DNA of 64,000 nucleotides from NCBI RefSeq assembly GCF_003019035.1, contig NZ_CP027447.1; one strand, given 5' to 3'. The notes under the pieces were generated by a model. It saw nothing but the letters and a program-made list of their open reading frames with translations, did not search any database and was not told where the DNA came from. This document shows positions 35,102-48,209 of this stretch, piece by piece. Position 1 is the first letter of the stretch. Each line of letters opens with the position of its first letter. This DNA is from Escherichia coli (lineage in GTDB: Bacteria > Pseudomonadota > Gammaproteobacteria > Enterobacterales > Enterobacteriaceae). Made by a program: the position numbers and the translations under genes.

Positions 35102-35893
35102 TTAGAGATCAATTTCCTGCCGTTTTACCTGTTGCCAGACTTCTTCCATTGTTTCGAGGTCAACACCTGTCATTTCCAGTCCACGCGCGGCAACAATACG
35201 CTCCACTTCGCGAAAACGACGCTCGAATTTTTCGTTCGCTTTTTGCAATGCAATTTCCGCTTTTGTCCCTAAATGACGAGCCAGATTGACCGTGGCAAAC
35301 AGCAGGTCGCCCATTTCCTCCTCCAGTTTAGCCTGGTCGATAACAGCCTGCCGTGCCTCGTACATCACCTCGTCGATCTCTTCGTAGACTTTATCGACTA
35401 CCGGACCAAGCGTCGTCCAGTCGAAACCAACGTTGGCGCAACGTTTCTGGATTTTTTGCGCACGCATTAAAGCCGGTAAACTACGAGGAATATCGTCCAG
35501 CGCCGAATGCTGCGCTTTCTGCGCGCGCTCTTCGGTTTTGATTTGCTCCCAACGGGCAAGCACTTCACTACTATTTTCGGCAGAACTGTCAGCAAAAACA
35601 TGCGGATGGCGACGCTCTAATTTATCGCTGATCGCGGCGCAAATATCATTAAAGTCAAAGCGCCCTTCTTCCTGGGCCATTTGTGCGTAAAACACCACCT
35701 GGAACAGCAGATCGCCCAGTTCACCGCGCAGATCGTCAAAATCTTCACGGGCGATGGCGTCCAGCACCTCGTAGGTTTCTTCAAGGGTGTAAGGCGCAAT
35801 GGTGGCAAATGTCTGCTCTTTATCCCACGGGCAGCCGTTTTCCGGATCGCGCAGGCGCTGCATAATAGTGAGCAAACGGTCGATTTGATTCAT
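35102..35893 (-). CDS. mazG: Nucleoside triphosphate pyrophosphohydrolase MazG
   Basis: 263-aa ORF with tandem MazG domains (EETYEVLDAI..., EEMGDLLF). Confidence 0.95.
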   Translation of the reverse strand: MNQIDRLLTIMQRLRDPENGCPWDKEQTFATIAPYTLEETYEVLDAIAREDFDDLRGELGDLLFQVVFYAQMAQEEGRFDFNDICAAISDKLERRHPHVFADSSAENSSEVLARWEQIKTEERAQKAQHSALDDIPRSLPALMRAQKIQKRCANVGFDWTTLGPVVDKVYEEIDEVMYEARQAVIDQAKLEEEMGDLLFATVNLARHLGTKAEIALQKANEKFERRFREVERIVAARGLEMTGVDLETMEEVWQQVKRQEIDL

Positions 35894-35964
35894 TAGAATG
35901 TCCTGAAAATTGCGGGTCTGTCAGGTGGAAACCTGTGACCAGAATAGAAGTGAGTTAGTAACAC

Positions 35965-36300
35965 CTACCCAATCAGCACGTTAATTTTGGCTTTAATGAG
36001 TTGTAATTCCTCTGGGGCAACTGTTCCTTTCTTCGTTGCTCCTCTTGCCCGCCAGGCGATACTTTTTACCTGATCAGCTAACGCTACGCCATCACGTTCC
36101 TGACCGGATAGAACAACTTCGAACGGATATCCTTTTGATTGCGTTGTACAAGGAACACACAGACACATACCTGTTTTGTTGTTGTACATGAACGGACTCA
36201 GGACAACAGCCGGACGATGTCCGGCTTGCTCGCTACCTTTTGTCGGGTCAAAATCAACCCAAATCAGATCGCCCGTATCGGGTACGTATCGGCTTACCAT
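35965..36300 (-). CDS. mazF: MazF mRNA interferase toxin
   Basis: 111-aa [39 protein letters not shown]... matches MazF. Confidence 0.96.
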   Translation of the reverse strand: MVSRYVPDTGDLIWVDFDPTKGSEQAGHRPAVVLSPFMYNNKTGMCLCVPCTTQSKGYPFEVVLSGQERDGVALADQVKSIAWRARGATKKGTVAPEELQLIKAKINVLIG

Positions 36301-36548
36301 TACCAGACTTCCTTATCTTTCGGCTCCCCCCAGTCGATATTCTCGTGGAGGTTTTCCGGCGTGATGTCGTTGACCAGTTCAGCAAGCGTAAATACGGGCT
36401 CTTTACGCACTGGCTCAATAATTAATTTTCCATCCACCAGGTCAATCTTCACTTCATCATCAATATTCAGATTGAGCGCCTGCATTAACGTAGCCGGGAT
36501 CCGCACTGCAGGAGAATTTCCCCAACGCTTTACGCTACTGTGGATCAT
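36300..36548 (-). CDS. mazE: MazE antitoxin
   Basis: 82-aa [30 protein letters not shown]... (AbrB-fold antitoxin); stop overlaps mazF start. Confidence 0.96.
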
Positions 36549-36625
36549 AACCCTTTCCTCAAACCGCTATCATATGTAGATACAGTATATATCAATCTAC
36601 ATTGTAGATACGAACAAGTTTCGGC

Positions 36626-38860
36626 CTAACTCCCGTGCAACCGACGCGCGTCGATAACATCCGGCACCTGGTTGAGTTTACCCAGCACGCGCCCCAGCAC
36701 TTGCAGGTTGTAAATCTCAATGGTCATGTCGATGGTCGCCAGTTGCTGTTTGGTGTCGCTACGGCTGGCAACGCCAAGTACGTTCACCTTCTCGTTGGCG
36801 AGAATGGTCGTGATATCACGTAACAACCCACTACGATCATTAGCCACCACGCGGACCACCAGCGAATATCCGGCGGAGTAGCTCTCGCCCCATACCGCGT
36901 CAACAATGCGTTCTGGCGCATGGGAGCGCAGTTCCGCCAGTTGTTCGCAATCGGCGCGGTGTACTGAAATACCGCGCCCCTGGGTAATGAAGCCGACAAT
37001 CTCATCTCCAGGAATCGGCTGGCAGCAGCGCGCGATGTGGTGCATCAGGTTACCGACACCTTCTACCACCACACGACCGTTATCTTTACTGCGGTTTTGC
37101 GGCGTGTAGCTTTTTTGCTGAAGCTGTTTCAGCGCGGCGGCATCCTGCTCTTCGGCACTCGGCTTATTAAATTGCGATTGCAGGAAGTTCACCATCTGAT
37201 TGAGACGGATATCCCCGCCACCAATCGCCGCCAGCAACTCGTCGACATCATTGAAGTTGTAACGCGGCAGCAGGTGTTTTTCTGCTTCTTTCAGGCTGAT
37301 CCCCAGATGTTCCAGCTCGTCGTCAAGGATTTGCCGCCCAGCCAGAATGTTTTTGTCACGATCCTGTTTACGGAACCAGGCGTGAATTTTCGAGCGCCCA
37401 CGACTGGTTGTGACGTAACCGAGATTTGGGTTTAACCAGTCACGGCTGGGGTTCGGCTGTTTCTGGGTGATAATTTCAATCTGGTCGCCCATCTGCAGCT
37501 GGTAGGTGAACGGCACAATGCGCCCGCCAATTTTTGCCCCGATGCAGCGGTGTCCGACATCACTGTGGATGTGGTAAGCGAAGTCCAGCGGTGTTGATCC
37601 CGCAGGCAAATCAACGACATCACCTTTCGGCGTAAAGACGTACACCCGGTCGTCAAAGACCTGGCTACGTACTTCGTCGAGCATTTCGCCGGAATCAGCC
37701 ATCTCTTCCTGCCACGCAATCAGTTTACGCAGCCAGGCAATCCGGTCTTCATGTCCCGAACGTGCGCCGCCAGCTGCCGCGCCCTCTTTATATTTCCAGT
37801 GCGCAGCAACACCCAACTCTGCATCTTCATGCATCTGTTTAGTGCGGATTTGGATCTCAACGGTTTTGCCACCTGGTCCCAGAACCACGGTATGAATAGA
37901 CTGATAACCGTTTGGTTTCGGGTTAGCGACGTAATCGTCAAACTCATCCGGCAGGTGGCGATAGTGAGTGTGCACTATCCCCAGTGCGGCATAACAATCC
38001 TGTAAACGCTCGGCGACAATACGTACCGCACGCACATCAAACAGCTCATCGAAGGCGAGGTTCTTTTTCTGCATTTTGCGCCAGATGCTGTAGATGTGTT
38101 TCGGACGACCATACACTTCAGCTTTAACGCCTTCAGCTTTCATCTCAGCGCGCAGATGGCCGACAAACTCTTCGATATAGTGTTCGCGGTCGAGACGGCG
38201 TTCATGCAGCAGTTTTGCGATGCGTTTGTATTCGGTCGGGTGGAGATAACGGAAGCAGTAATCTTCCAGCTCCCATTTCAGTTGTCCAATCCCAAGACGG
38301 TTCGCCAACGGCGCGTAGATATTGGTGCACTCTTTTGCCGCCAGTACGCGTTCATCTTCCGGCGCGTCTTTTACTTCGCGCAGATGAGCAATACGCTCTG
38401 CCAGTTTGATGACCACGCAGCGAAAATCATCGACCATCGCCAATAACATCCGGCGAACGTTATCGACCTGTTCGGAGGAAACAGAATCGGTATGCGTCGC
38501 TTTCAGCTGGCGGATCGCCGCCATATCACGCACGCCGTGAATAAGGTTAACGACCGACTTACCGACGCTCTCACGCAGCACATCTTCGCTGACTACGTTG
38601 GCATCGGCCAGAGGGAACAGCAGCGCCGCCCGCAGCGTGTCAATGTCCATACTTAATGTCGAGAGGATCTCCACCATCTCAACACCACGCCACAATAACA
38701 GACTGGCATCCGGATGCCCCTGCGTCTGTTGCAGACAATACGCCCAGGTTTCGGCTAAGCACTCACACGACTTCTGGCTGGTAATACCCAGACTTGCGAT
38801 CCATTTTTCCGGATCAAATTCACCAGCCTTATTGATATGTGCACTTCTTACCGCAACCAT
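36626..38860 (-). CDS. relA: GTP pyrophosphokinase, (p)ppGpp synthetase I
   Basis: 744-aa ORF with the RelA N-terminus MVAVRSAHINKAGEFDPEKW..., synthetase, TGS and ACT regions. Confidence 0.98.
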   Translation of the reverse strand: MVAVRSAHINKAGEFDPEKWIASLGITSQKSCECLAETWAYCLQQTQGHPDASLLLWRGVEMVEILSTLSMDIDTLRAALLFPLADANVVSEDVLRESVGKSVVNLIHGVRDMAAIRQLKATHTDSVSSEQVDNVRRMLLAMVDDFRCVVIKLAERIAHLREVKDAPEDERVLAAKECTNIYAPLANRLGIGQLKWELEDYCFRYLHPTEYKRIAKLLHERRLDREHYIEEFVGHLRAEMKAEGVKAEVYGRPKHIYSIWRKMQKKNLAFDELFDVRAVRIVAERLQDCYAALGIVHTHYRHLPDEFDDYVANPKPNGYQSIHTVVLGPGGKTVEIQIRTKQMHEDAELGVAAHWKYKEGAAAGGARSGHEDRIAWLRKLIAWQEEMADSGEMLDEVRSQVFDDRVYVFTPKGDVVDLPAGSTPLDFAYHIHSDVGHRCIGAKIGGRIVPFTYQLQMGDQIEIITQKQPNPSRDWLNPNLGYVTTSRGRSKIHAWFRKQDRDKNILAGRQILDDELEHLGISLKEAEKHLLPRYNFNDVDELLAAIGGGDIRLNQMVNFLQSQFNKPSAEEQDAAALKQLQQKSYTPQNRSKDNGRVVVEGVGNLMHHIARCCQPIPGDEIVGFITQGRGISVHRADCEQLAELRSHAPERIVDAVWGESYSAGYSLVVRVVANDRSGLLRDITTILANEKVNVLGVASRSDTKQQLATIDMTIEIYNLQVLGRVLGKLNQVPDVIDARRLHGS

Positions 38861-38907
38861 CGTCCTCTCCTTTAGGGACCAGACCTGCCGAAATCGGCAA
38901 ATCGTAA

Positions 38908-40209
38908 CTATTTAACGCGCGAGAAAAGTACCATCGATTCCAGATGTCCCGTGTGTGGGAACATATCCAGCATCGCCAGTCGCGCAATGGTATATCCTGC
39001 TTTTAATAACGCTTCGCTATCCCGAGCCAGCGTTGCAGGGTTACAGGATACATAAACTATACGAATAGGTTCCAGTTTTATAATTTGCTGCATAACACCT
39101 GCGGCACCTGCTCGCGCCGGGTCCAGCAACACTTTATCGAAGCCGTTTTTCGCCCACGGCTGCTTTGTGACATCTTCTTCAAGATTTTCGTGATAAAACG
39201 TCACATTGTGTAAGCCATTAAGACGCGCATTCTGCTGGCCTTTTTCCACCAGCGCCGGAACACCTTCTACACCCACCACACTGGCAGCTTGTGTCGCCAA
39301 TGGCAGTGTAAAGTTGCCCATACCGCAGAACAGATCCAGTACGCGATCTTCAGGTTGTACATCCAGCCATTCCAACGCACGCGCTACCATTTTTTGGTTC
39401 ACACCCGCATTGACCTGAATAAAATCGCGCGGGCTAAAAGTTAAGCGCAACCCGTTTGAGTCATACCAGGGCATCTCACCAGAGACGGTTTCGAGTATCT
39501 CACTATCGGGGGCGAGATACAGATCCAGTCCTTCAGAATGCGAAAAGCGTTCCAGTTTTTCGCGATCTGCCGAACTTAGCGGTGCGGTATGGCGCAAAAT
39601 CATCAGCGTGCCGCTGGTTGCCTGTACCAGTTCAACATGACCAAGATGGCGCATAGCTTGTAAGCTGCCCAGGCATGCCCTGACTTTGGGCAGCAATGCT
39701 TCAAGTTGGGGCACTAAAATGGGGCATTGTTTAACGTCGACAATGTCACTGGAGCCCGCTTTGCGAAACCCCATCTGAAGTTGCTGTGTTTTCGGTAAGT
39801 AGTTCAGACTTAAACGCGCGCGACGGCGATAGCCCCAGGGAACATCGGCGATCACTTCAGAGACCTCGTGTTTCATTAATCGGGCGAGTGCCGCACTTTT
39901 GCTTCGCTGCTGTAAATCCTCGCTGGCGTGTTGTTGCTGACAGCCACCGCATACGCCAAAATGAGGGCAGCGTGGCGTTTCGCGTTCCGGGCTATCGCTT
40001 AACCGGCGTACGACTTTAGCGCGGGCATACTGTTTTTTATCTTCAGTAACAGTAACTTCCGCGTTTTCCTGCGGCAATAATCCGGGGATAAACAACGTTT
40101 TGCCGTTATGTCGCGCCACGCCCTGACCAAAAGAGTCGAGGTCGTTGACTGAAACGGTTATGATCTGACGCGTCGTCGTGCGTCGTTTTGCAGAGTAGAA
40201 TTGCGCCAT
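38908..40209 (-). CDS. rlmD: 23S rRNA (uracil1939-C5)-methyltransferase
   Basis: 433-aa ORF with TRAM N-terminus, [10 protein letters not shown] Fe-S cysteines and SAM-MTase motif ([14 protein letters not shown]). Confidence 0.95.
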   Translation of the reverse strand: MAQFYSAKRRTTTRQIITVSVNDLDSFGQGVARHNGKTLFIPGLLPQENAEVTVTEDKKQYARAKVVRRLSDSPERETPRCPHFGVCGGCQQQHASEDLQQRSKSAALARLMKHEVSEVIADVPWGYRRRARLSLNYLPKTQQLQMGFRKAGSSDIVDVKQCPILVPQLEALLPKVRACLGSLQAMRHLGHVELVQATSGTLMILRHTAPLSSADREKLERFSHSEGLDLYLAPDSEILETVSGEMPWYDSNGLRLTFSPRDFIQVNAGVNQKMVARALEWLDVQPEDRVLDLFCGMGNFTLPLATQAASVVGVEGVPALVEKGQQNARLNGLHNVTFYHENLEEDVTKQPWAKNGFDKVLLDPARAGAAGVMQQIIKLEPIRIVYVSCNPATLARDSEALLKAGYTIARLAMLDMFPHTGHLESMVLFSRVK

Positions 40210-40265
40210 TGGCGAGACTTTCTCAATTTAACAGTGTGACCTTAATTGTCCCATAACGGAACTCC

Positions 40266-43022
40266 ATGACCAACTACAGCCTGCGCGCACGCATGATGAT
40301 TCTGATCCTGGCACCGACCGTCCTTATTGGTTTATTGCTGAGTATCTTTTTCGTCGTGCATCGCTATAACGACTTGCAGCGTCAACTGGAAGATGCCGGT
40401 GCCAGCATTATTGAGCCGCTTGCAGTTTCTACTGAATATGGCATGAGTCTGCAAAATCGCGAATCTATCGGTCAGTTAATAAGCGTACTGCATCGTCGCC
40501 ATTCCGATATTGTTCGCGCGATTTCGGTTTATGATGAAAATAACCGACTCTTTGTCACCTCCAATTTTCATCTTGATCCCTCATCAATGCAGCTCGGCAG
40601 CAACGTGCCGTTTCCTCGCCAGCTCACTGTCACTCGTGACGGCGATATAATGATCCTCCGCACGCCGATTATTTCTGAAAGTTACTCCCCCGACGAATCG
40701 CCCAGTAGCGATGCCAAAAATAGTCAAAATATGCTGGGATATATTGCGCTGGAGCTGGATCTTAAATCGGTTCGCTTGCAGCAATATAAAGAGATCTTTA
40801 TTTCCAGCGTGATGATGCTGTTTTGTATCGGTATTGCGCTTATTTTTGGCTGGCGCTTAATGCGCGATGTTACCGGCCCGATTCGCAACATGGTGAATAC
40901 CGTCGACCGCATCCGTCGTGGGCAACTCGATAGCCGGGTGGAAGGATTTATGCTTGGTGAGCTGGATATGCTGAAAAACGGTATCAACTCGATGGCAATG
41001 TCGCTGGCGGCTTATCACGAAGAGATGCAACACAATATCGACCAGGCGACGTCCGATCTGCGTGAAACGCTGGAGCAGATGGAGATTCAGAACGTTGAGT
41101 TGGATCTGGCGAAAAAGCGCGCCCAGGAAGCGGCGCGTATTAAATCCGAGTTTCTGGCAAATATGTCACACGAGCTGCGTACACCACTGAATGGTGTTAT
41201 TGGCTTTACCCGCCTGACGCTGAAAACAGAATTAACACCAACGCAGCGCGATCACCTGAATACGATTGAACGTTCGGCAAATAATTTGCTGGCAATTATT
41301 AATGATGTTCTCGACTTCTCGAAACTGGAAGCCGGTAAGCTGATTCTGGAAAGTATTCCATTCCCACTACGCAGCACGCTGGATGAAGTCGTTACCCTGC
41401 TGGCACATTCTTCTCACGATAAAGGGCTGGAACTGACGCTCAATATTAAAAGCGACGTGCCTGATAACGTGATCGGCGACCCACTACGATTACAGCAAAT
41501 CATCACTAACCTGGTGGGGAATGCAATTAAATTCACCGAGAATGGCAACATTGATATTCTGGTAGAAAAACGTGCGCTGAGTAATACCAAAGTGCAAATT
41601 GAAGTGCAGATTCGGGATACCGGCATTGGTATTCCTGAACGCGATCAATCGCGCTTATTCCAGGCCTTCAGACAGGCTGATGCCAGTATTTCCCGCCGTC
41701 ATGGTGGCACCGGGCTGGGGCTGGTGATTACACAAAAACTGGTTAATGAAATGGGCGGTGATATTTCGTTCCATAGCCAGCCGAATCGTGGTTCAACTTT
41801 CTGGTTCCACATTAATCTCGATCTGAACCCGAACATTATTATCGAAGGGCCATCCACCCAGTGCCTCGCCGGTAAGCGCCTGGCCTATGTCGAACCAAAC
41901 TCCGCAGCAGCGCAATGCACGCTGGATATTTTAAGTGAAACGCCGCTGGAAGTGGTTTATAGCCCAACGTTCTCCGCGCTGCCTCCCGCGCATTACGACA
42001 TGATGTTATTAGGCATAGCGGTGACCTTCCGCGAGCCGCTAACAATGCAACATGAGCGATTAGCGAAAGCAGTATCGATGACCGATTTCCTGATGCTGGT
42101 ACTTCCTTGCCATGCACAAGTCAATGCTGAAAAACTTAAGCAAGATGGTATCGGCGCGTGTCTGCTGAAACCATTAACACCTACGCGCCTGTTGCCTGCC
42201 CTGACGGAATTTTGTCATCACAAACAAAACACGCTTTTGCCTGTAACCGATGAAAGTAAGCTGGCAATGACAGTCATGGCGGTTGATGACAACCCCGCTA
42301 ACCTGAAACTTATCGGCGCATTGCTGGAAGATATGGTGCAACATGTGGAACTTTGCGATAGCGGGCATCAGGCAGTTGAACGGGCGAAACAGATGCCGTT
42401 CGATTTAATCTTAATGGATATTCAAATGCCGGACATGGACGGCATTCGGGCATGTGAGCTCATCCACCAGCTCCCGCATCAGCAGCAAACGCCGGTTATC
42501 GCGGTAACGGCGCATGCGATGGCCGGGCAAAAAGAGAAACTGCTTGGCGCGGGGATGAGTGATTATCTGGCCAAACCGATCGAAGAAGAGCGATTGCATA
42601 ATTTGTTGTTGCGCTATAAGCCTGGCAGCGGTATTTCCTCTCGCGTCGTGACGCCCGAAGTCAACGAAATTGTGGTGAACCCGAATGCGACCCTCGACTG
42701 GCAACTGGCACTACGCCAGGCAGCAGGAAAAACCGATTTAGCGCGCGATATGCTGCAAATGTTACTCGATTTCCTGCCTGAAGTTCGCAACAAAGTTGAG
42801 GAACAGCTGGTTGGAGAAAACCCGGAAGGCCTGGTTGATTTGATTCATAAACTGCATGGCAGTTGCGGCTATAGCGGTGTGCCGCGTATGAAGAATCTCT
42901 GCCAACTGATCGAACAACAGCTACGTAGCGGTACTAAAGAAGAAGATTTGGAGCCGGAGCTGCTGGAACTGTTAGACGAGATGGATAATGTAGCGCGCGA
43001 AGCCAGCAAAATTCTCGGGTAA
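40266..43022 (+). CDS. barA: Hybrid sensor histidine kinase BarA
   Basis: 918-aa ORF: two TM segments, HAMP, HisKA (SHELRTPLN), HATPase, receiver ([10 protein letters not shown]) and C-terminal Hpt. Confidence 0.97.
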   Translation: MTNYSLRARMMILILAPTVLIGLLLSIFFVVHRYNDLQRQLEDAGASIIEPLAVSTEYGMSLQNRESIGQLISVLHRRHSDIVRAISVYDENNRLFVTSNFHLDPSSMQLGSNVPFPRQLTVTRDGDIMILRTPIISESYSPDESPSSDAKNSQNMLGYIALELDLKSVRLQQYKEIFISSVMMLFCIGIALIFGWRLMRDVTGPIRNMVNTVDRIRRGQLDSRVEGFMLGELDMLKNGINSMAMSLAAYHEEMQHNIDQATSDLRETLEQMEIQNVELDLAKKRAQEAARIKSEFLANMSHELRTPLNGVIGFTRLTLKTELTPTQRDHLNTIERSANNLLAIINDVLDFSKLEAGKLILESIPFPLRSTLDEVVTLLAHSSHDKGLELTLNIKSDVPDNVIGDPLRLQQIITNLVGNAIKFTENGNIDILVEKRALSNTKVQIEVQIRDTGIGIPERDQSRLFQAFRQADASISRRHGGTGLGLVITQKLVNEMGGDISFHSQPNRGSTFWFHINLDLNPNIIIEGPSTQCLAGKRLAYVEPNSAAAQCTLDILSETPLEVVYSPTFSALPPAHYDMMLLGIAVTFREPLTMQHERLAKAVSMTDFLMLVLPCHAQVNAEKLKQDGIGACLLKPLTPTRLLPALTEFCHHKQNTLLPVTDESKLAMTVMAVDDNPANLKLIGALLEDMVQHVELCDSGHQAVERAKQMPFDLILMDIQMPDMDGIRACELIHQLPHQQQTPVIAVTAHAMAGQKEKLLGAGMSDYLAKPIEEERLHNLLLRYKPGSGISSRVVTPEVNEIVVNPNATLDWQLALRQAAGKTDLARDMLQMLLDFLPEVRNKVEEQLVGENPEGLVDLIHKLHGSCGYSGVPRMKNLCQLIEQQLRSGTKEEDLEPELLELLDEMDNVAREASKILG

Positions 43023-43096
43023 CGGACGTCTTGTCGAGTAGCAATCGGCTTTTTATGAAGCTGGTTTCAGACTGGTGACAAAGTGCCTGTGTTTAT

Positions 43097-43130
43097 GCCG
43101 GATGCGGCGTTAACGCCTTATCCTGCCTAC
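43097..43130. repeat. REP element
   Basis: GCCGGATGCGGCGTTAACGCCTTATCCTGCCTAC downstream of barA. Confidence 0.6.
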
Positions 43131-43215
43131 AAAACCAATTAAATTCAATGAATTAAAAAGTATGTTGGCCTGATACGTAGCGCAACAGGCAATTTTGCGT
43201 TTGGCATCAGTCTCA

Positions 43216-43247
43216 AACCGGCTCCTGACAGAGCCGGTTTTTGTTTT
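43216..43247 (+). terminator. Rho-independent terminator (likely barA)
   Basis: AACCGGCTC-CTGACA-GAGCCGGTT followed by TTTGTTTT. Confidence 0.6.
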
Positions 43248-43252
43248 CAGTC

Positions 43253-44593
43253 TTAACGCACCATGCACGGGCGCTTGTTATCAAACGTCCAGCCAGGAAT
43301 CAGGTACTGCATTCCCATCGCATCGTCACGCGCGCCAAGCCCGTGTTTCTGATACAGCTCGTGGGCTTTCATCACCTGATCCATATCGATTTCTACGCCC
43401 AATCCTGGTTTTTGCGGCACCTGTACCAGCCCGCCTTTGATCTCAAACGGTTCTTTGGTCAGACGCTGATTGCCTTCCTGCCAGATCCAGTGCGTATCAA
43501 TAGCAGTAATTTTACCCGGTGCAGCAGCGGCTACATGGGTAAACATCGCCAGGGAAATATCGAAGTGGTTGTTAGAGTGTGAACCCCAGGTCAGGCCAAA
43601 TTCATGGCACATTTGCGCCACACGTACCGAACCTTGCATCGTCCAGAAATGCGGATCCGCCAGCGGGATATCAACGGATTGCAGGGAGAGCGTATGGCCC
43701 ATCTGCCGCCAGTCGGTGGCGATCATATTGGTTGCGGTCGGCAGGCCAGTCGCGCGACGGAACTCTGCCATCACTTCACGCCCGGAGAAACCTTGCTCCG
43801 CACCACACGGATCTTCTGCATAAGCCAGCGAACCTTTCAGGTATGTACCAATTTTAATCGCTTCGTTCAGCGACCAGGCACCGTTAGGATCGAGGGTAAT
43901 ACGCGCCTGTGGGAAGCGTTGCGCCAGTGCCACAATAGATTCTGCTTCTTCTTCCCCGGCCAGTACACCGCCCTTCAGTTTGAAATCGTTGAAGCCATAT
44001 TTTTCATATGCCGCTTCCGCCAGGCGCACCACCGCATCCGGCGTCATCGCTTCTTCGTGACGCAGGCGATACCAGTCACATTGATCATCCGGCTGGCTTT
44101 GATACGGCAGCGGTGTGGCTTTGCGATTACCGACGAAGAACAGATAACCGAGCATTTCGACTTCGCTACGCTGTTGACCATCGCCCAGCAGCGATGCCAC
44201 GTTAACCCCCAGATGCTGCCCCAGCAGATCCAGCATTGCCGCTTCTATCCCGGTAACCACATGAATAGTGGTCCGCAGGTCAAATGTCTGCAAACCGCGC
44301 CCGCCGGCATCACGATCGGCAAATGTATTACGCACCAGCGTCAGAACGTTTTTGTATTCACCCAGCGTTTTACCCACCACCAGCGGAATCGCATCTTCCA
44401 GCGTTTTACGGATTTTCTCGCCGCCGGGAATTTCCCCTACCCCAGTGTGACCAGAATTATCTTTGATAATCACAATATTACGCGTGAAGAACGGTGCGTG
44501 TGCACCACTCAGATTCATCAGCATACTGTCATGGCCCGCCACCGGGATGACCTGCATTTCAGTAACAACAGGCGTCGAAAATTGAGAACTCAT
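43253..44593 (-). CDS. gudD: Glucarate dehydratase
   Basis: Frame of ORF 43253-44617; conserved start [24 protein letters not shown] at 44593; enolase-superfamily barrel. Confidence 0.95.
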   Translation of the reverse strand: MSSQFSTPVVTEMQVIPVAGHDSMLMNLSGAHAPFFTRNIVIIKDNSGHTGVGEIPGGEKIRKTLEDAIPLVVGKTLGEYKNVLTLVRNTFADRDAGGRGLQTFDLRTTIHVVTGIEAAMLDLLGQHLGVNVASLLGDGQQRSEVEMLGYLFFVGNRKATPLPYQSQPDDQCDWYRLRHEEAMTPDAVVRLAEAAYEKYGFNDFKLKGGVLAGEEEAESIVALAQRFPQARITLDPNGAWSLNEAIKIGTYLKGSLAYAEDPCGAEQGFSGREVMAEFRRATGLPTATNMIATDWRQMGHTLSLQSVDIPLADPHFWTMQGSVRVAQMCHEFGLTWGSHSNNHFDISLAMFTHVAAAAPGKITAIDTHWIWQEGNQRLTKEPFEIKGGLVQVPQKPGLGVEIDMDQVMKAHELYQKHGLGARDDAMGMQYLIPGWTFDNKRPCMVR

Positions 44594-44613
44594 CTTTATG
44601 TCCTTTTTCAAAA

Positions 44614-45954
44614 TCAATGACGGCCGAAAACGGGACGTTTACGGTCAAAGGTCCAGCCGGGGATCAGGTACTGCATCGGGCCCGCGTCGTTACGCGCACC
44701 GCCAGGCAGACGTTTATAGGCCTCATGCGCCTTTTGTACCTGCTCCCAGTCCAGTTCCACGCCCAGACCGGGCGCATCAGGAACGGCAATTTTTCCGTTT
44801 TTAATCTCCAGCGGATTTTGGGTCAGGCGACAATCGCCCTCCTGCCAAATCCAGTGGGTATCGATAGCGGTAGGATTACCCGGTGCCGCCGCACCCACAT
44901 GGGTAAACATCGCCAGAGAGATATCAAAGTGGTTATTGGAATGGCAGCCCCAGGTCAGCCCCCAGTCGTCGCAAAGCTGCGCTACGCGGACTGCACCGGA
45001 AAGCGTCCAGAAGTGCGGGTCGGCAAGTGGAATATCTACCGCATTGATCATCACCGCATGGCCCATTTCGCGCCAGTTGGTGGCGATCATATTAGTCGCG
45101 ACGGGCAAGCCGGTCGCCCGTCGAAATTCCGCCATCACTTCACGTCCGGAGAAACCCTGTTCTGCGCCACATGGATCTTCGGCATAGGTGAGAACATCAT
45201 TCAGCCCTTTGCACAGAGAAATAGCTTCATCAAGCAGCCATGCTCCGTTGGGATCAACGGTAATCCGCGCATCCGGGAAGCGTTTCTTCAATGCACGAAC
45301 AGTGTCGATTTCTTGCTCGCCAGGTAACACTCCGCCCTTAAGTTTGAAATCTTTAAAGCCATAGCGATCCTGTGAAGCTTCCGCCAGACGCACAACGGCT
45401 TCGCTGTTCATCGCTTTCTGATGCCGCAATTGATACCACTCATGGTTGCCCGGCGTATTTTCCAGATAAGGAAGATCGGTTTTGGTCCGATCACCGATAT
45501 AAAACAGATAACCGAGGACGGTAATAGCATCGCGTTGCTTGCCTGGCCCTAACAGTTCGCAGACCGGAACATTCAGCGCCTTACCTAGCAGGTCAAGCAA
45601 GGCGGCTTCCAGCGCCGCCACGGCATTAACGCGCAATTCAAAAGTCCAGGCACCTTTGCCGAAGGTATCAAAATCGGCTGCCTGATTACCTTTATGCACC
45701 TGCTGAACCACTTTATTCAGTCGTGCGATCTCCTGGCCCAACACCATCGGAATAGCATCGACCAGTGTTTGATAAATCACCTCTCCGCCCGGCGCTTCAC
45801 CAATACCGGTATGCCCGGCGTTATCGGTGAGTACCACAATATTGCGGGTGAAATATGCGTTATGTGCACCACCAATATTAAGCAACATGCTGTCATGCCC
45901 GGCCACCGGAATGACTTTCATATCAGTAATAACAGGACTGGATTGTGTCGCCAT
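44614..45954 (-). CDS. gudX: Glucarate dehydratase-related protein
   Basis: Frame of ORF 44614-45969; start [23 protein letters not shown]; paralog of gudD. Confidence 0.9.
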   Translation of the reverse strand: MATQSSPVITDMKVIPVAGHDSMLLNIGGAHNAYFTRNIVVLTDNAGHTGIGEAPGGEVIYQTLVDAIPMVLGQEIARLNKVVQQVHKGNQAADFDTFGKGAWTFELRVNAVAALEAALLDLLGKALNVPVCELLGPGKQRDAITVLGYLFYIGDRTKTDLPYLENTPGNHEWYQLRHQKAMNSEAVVRLAEASQDRYGFKDFKLKGGVLPGEQEIDTVRALKKRFPDARITVDPNGAWLLDEAISLCKGLNDVLTYAEDPCGAEQGFSGREVMAEFRRATGLPVATNMIATNWREMGHAVMINAVDIPLADPHFWTLSGAVRVAQLCDDWGLTWGCHSNNHFDISLAMFTHVGAAAPGNPTAIDTHWIWQEGDCRLTQNPLEIKNGKIAVPDAPGLGVELDWEQVQKAHEAYKRLPGGARNDAGPMQYLIPGWTFDRKRPVFGRH

Positions 45955-45955
45955 C

Positions 45956-47308
45956 TTATTGCCCCGCAACAGGTTTCAACTCGATACGCTTGATATCGCC
46001 CACCAGCACCAGGTAGCTCAGTACCGCGATTAAGGCATGAACACCAACATAAATCAGCGCCCCATTAAAGGAGCCAGTCGTGCCAACGATATAACCAATT
46101 GCGATTGGCGTGACGATGCCAGAAATGTTACCGAACATGTTGAACAGGCCACCGGAAAGACCGCTGATCTCTTTTGGCGCAGTATCAGCCATTACAGCCC
46201 AACCCAGCGCCCCGATCCCCTTACCGAAGAAGGCCAGCGCCATAAAGCCGATGATCATCCACTCAACGTTGACGTAGTTGCAGAACACCATCACCATCGA
46301 CAGCAACATGCCCATTACGATCGGTGTTTTACGCGCAATGTTCAGCGATCCCGTGCGGCGCATCAGCCAGTCGGAAATAATCCCACCCAGCACACCGCCG
46401 ATAAAACCGCAAACCGCCGGAACGGAAGCCACAAAGCCCGCTTTCAGAATCGACATCCCACGCGCCTGCACCAGATAAACCGGAAACCAGGTAATGAAAA
46501 AGTAAGTCAGGGCGTTGATACAGTACTGACCGATATAAACGCCGATCATCATCCGTGACCCGAGCAGCTGTTTGATCTGCCCCCACTTCACGCTGAACGG
46601 CACTTTAACTTTGGTGTTTTGCTGATCCATATTGATCAGCGCGCCACCCGCGGCGATGTACTCCAGCTCTTTCTGATTTACACCCGGATGTTGATTTGGC
46701 TCGTGGATGACTTTCAACCAGATAAAGCTGATGACAATGCCCAGACCGCCCATAAAGAAAAAGACGTGTGACCAGCCCACTTCATGCGTCAGCCAGCCCA
46801 TAATCGGCGCGAAGATCACCGTTGCGAAGTATTGAGCTGAGTTAAAAATCGACACCGCCGTTCCCCTTTCCTGCGCCGGAAACCAGGCCGCAACAATGCG
46901 GCTGTTGCCAGGGAAAGATGGCGCTTCAGCAAGCCCGACCAGGAAGCGCAGCGTAAACAGGGCAACGATAATGCCGAATCCACTAAAGATATCGACGAAG
47001 CCTTGCAGCAAGGTAAACATCGACCAGATAAAGATCGACCAGAAGTAGACGCGTTTTGAACCAAAACGATCCAGCAACCAACCACCAGGGATCTGCCCGA
47101 TAACATAAGCCCATGAGAAAGCAGAGAACACATAGCCCATTCCCACAGGATCAAGGCCGATATCTTTGGCCATTTCCGAACCGGCGATAGAGAGCGTAGC
47201 GCGGTCGCCGTAGTTGAAGGATGTGACGATAAACAACATCACCACTATCCAGTAACGAGCATTCGTGCGTTTTTCCACACTGCTCGCAGCCTGACTTAAA
47301 GAACTCAT
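45956..47308 (-). CDS. gudP: Glucarate/galactarate MFS transporter
   Basis: 450-aa multi-TM ORF at the head of the gudPXD operon. Confidence 0.93.
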   Translation of the reverse strand: MSSLSQAASSVEKRTNARYWIVVMLFIVTSFNYGDRATLSIAGSEMAKDIGLDPVGMGYVFSAFSWAYVIGQIPGGWLLDRFGSKRVYFWSIFIWSMFTLLQGFVDIFSGFGIIVALFTLRFLVGLAEAPSFPGNSRIVAAWFPAQERGTAVSIFNSAQYFATVIFAPIMGWLTHEVGWSHVFFFMGGLGIVISFIWLKVIHEPNQHPGVNQKELEYIAAGGALINMDQQNTKVKVPFSVKWGQIKQLLGSRMMIGVYIGQYCINALTYFFITWFPVYLVQARGMSILKAGFVASVPAVCGFIGGVLGGIISDWLMRRTGSLNIARKTPIVMGMLLSMVMVFCNYVNVEWMIIGFMALAFFGKGIGALGWAVMADTAPKEISGLSGGLFNMFGNISGIVTPIAIGYIVGTTGSFNGALIYVGVHALIAVLSYLVLVGDIKRIELKPVAGQ

Positions 47309-47742
47309 TGTTGCACTCCTGAAAATTCGCGTTAGCCACGCTCACTCTGGACTGCGACATCGCCAGGAAATCAGAGGTGACGTAGGGTGTTTTTTGCCGT
47401 TTTTATAGGTCGTTCGCCGAATGCGGCGCGTGTTTATATCTGGCAATAGCAGTATAAAAAGCGCGCCATAGCGGCTCACCGTGCAACAACACAACATTAA
47501 TGCGTTCAATGAGGCCCGATTTTGGCATTAGCCCTGGACGGTGGAATCCACTTCACGGAAATGAAAACAAAAACAAGAAAGGAAGGGTTAAATCGAAGAA
47601 ATAAAGAAGAGTATGAAATGGATCGCTTGACTCCAGGCAAACGCCAGTAAAAATCCGCGCTATGAAGCAGTTTTTACTGGCATTTGCCTGAAAAGATTCG
47701 ATTCAGCACCGCTAAAACGGCATTTACCGCTCGCTGAACGTA

Positions 47743-48192
47743 TCAGGACAACAGCGTGCCCCAATGTTCGACCCACGGATTTGATTCCGTTTCCGGTTCC
47801 GGGTTCTCACTGGCGTCAATCAACAGCATTTCTCCCACCCGCTGAGCGCTCTGTTCCTGCAACAAGGCATCGAACTGTTTGCCGCCATTGCAGAAATTCA
47901 CATAACTACTGTCGCCGAGCGCAATCACGCCATAACGCAGATTCGGCTGGAAGCCCAGGGTATCTTTAATTCCCTGAAAGAGCGGCACAATGCAATCAGG
48001 AAGGTCGCCCTGCCCGGTCGTGGACGTAACTACCAGAACATACTTATCCTGATAGGGCAGCCAGTCGCTTAATTCAGGATCTTCAAATACCGTTGCTTTG
48101 TGGCCCTGCGCGGTCAGAATTGCTTCCGCTTCTTCCGCCACTAACAGCGAATTTCCGTACATAGTGCCCACAAAAATACCAATTTCCGCCAT
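47743..48192 (-). CDS. yqcA: Flavodoxin-like protein
   Basis: 149-aa [25 protein letters not shown]... with FMN-binding flavodoxin signature. Confidence 0.9.
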   Translation of the reverse strand: MAEIGIFVGTMYGNSLLVAEEAEAILTAQGHKATVFEDPELSDWLPYQDKYVLVVTSTTGQGDLPDCIVPLFQGIKDTLGFQPNLRYGVIALGDSSYVNFCNGGKQFDALLQEQSAQRVGEMLLIDASENPEPETESNPWVEHWGTLLS

Positions 48193-48209
48193 ACCGTTTT
48201 CTCCCTGGA

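Noticed and set aside
43604-45327. 338-aa and 236-aa plus-strand ORFs
   Set aside because: Antisense to gudD and gudX respectively.
47637-47673. Inverted repeat CCAGTAAAAA...TTTTTACTGG downstream of yqcA
   Set aside because: 17-nt loop and no following T-run on either strand; could be a protein site but I cannot support a terminator call.
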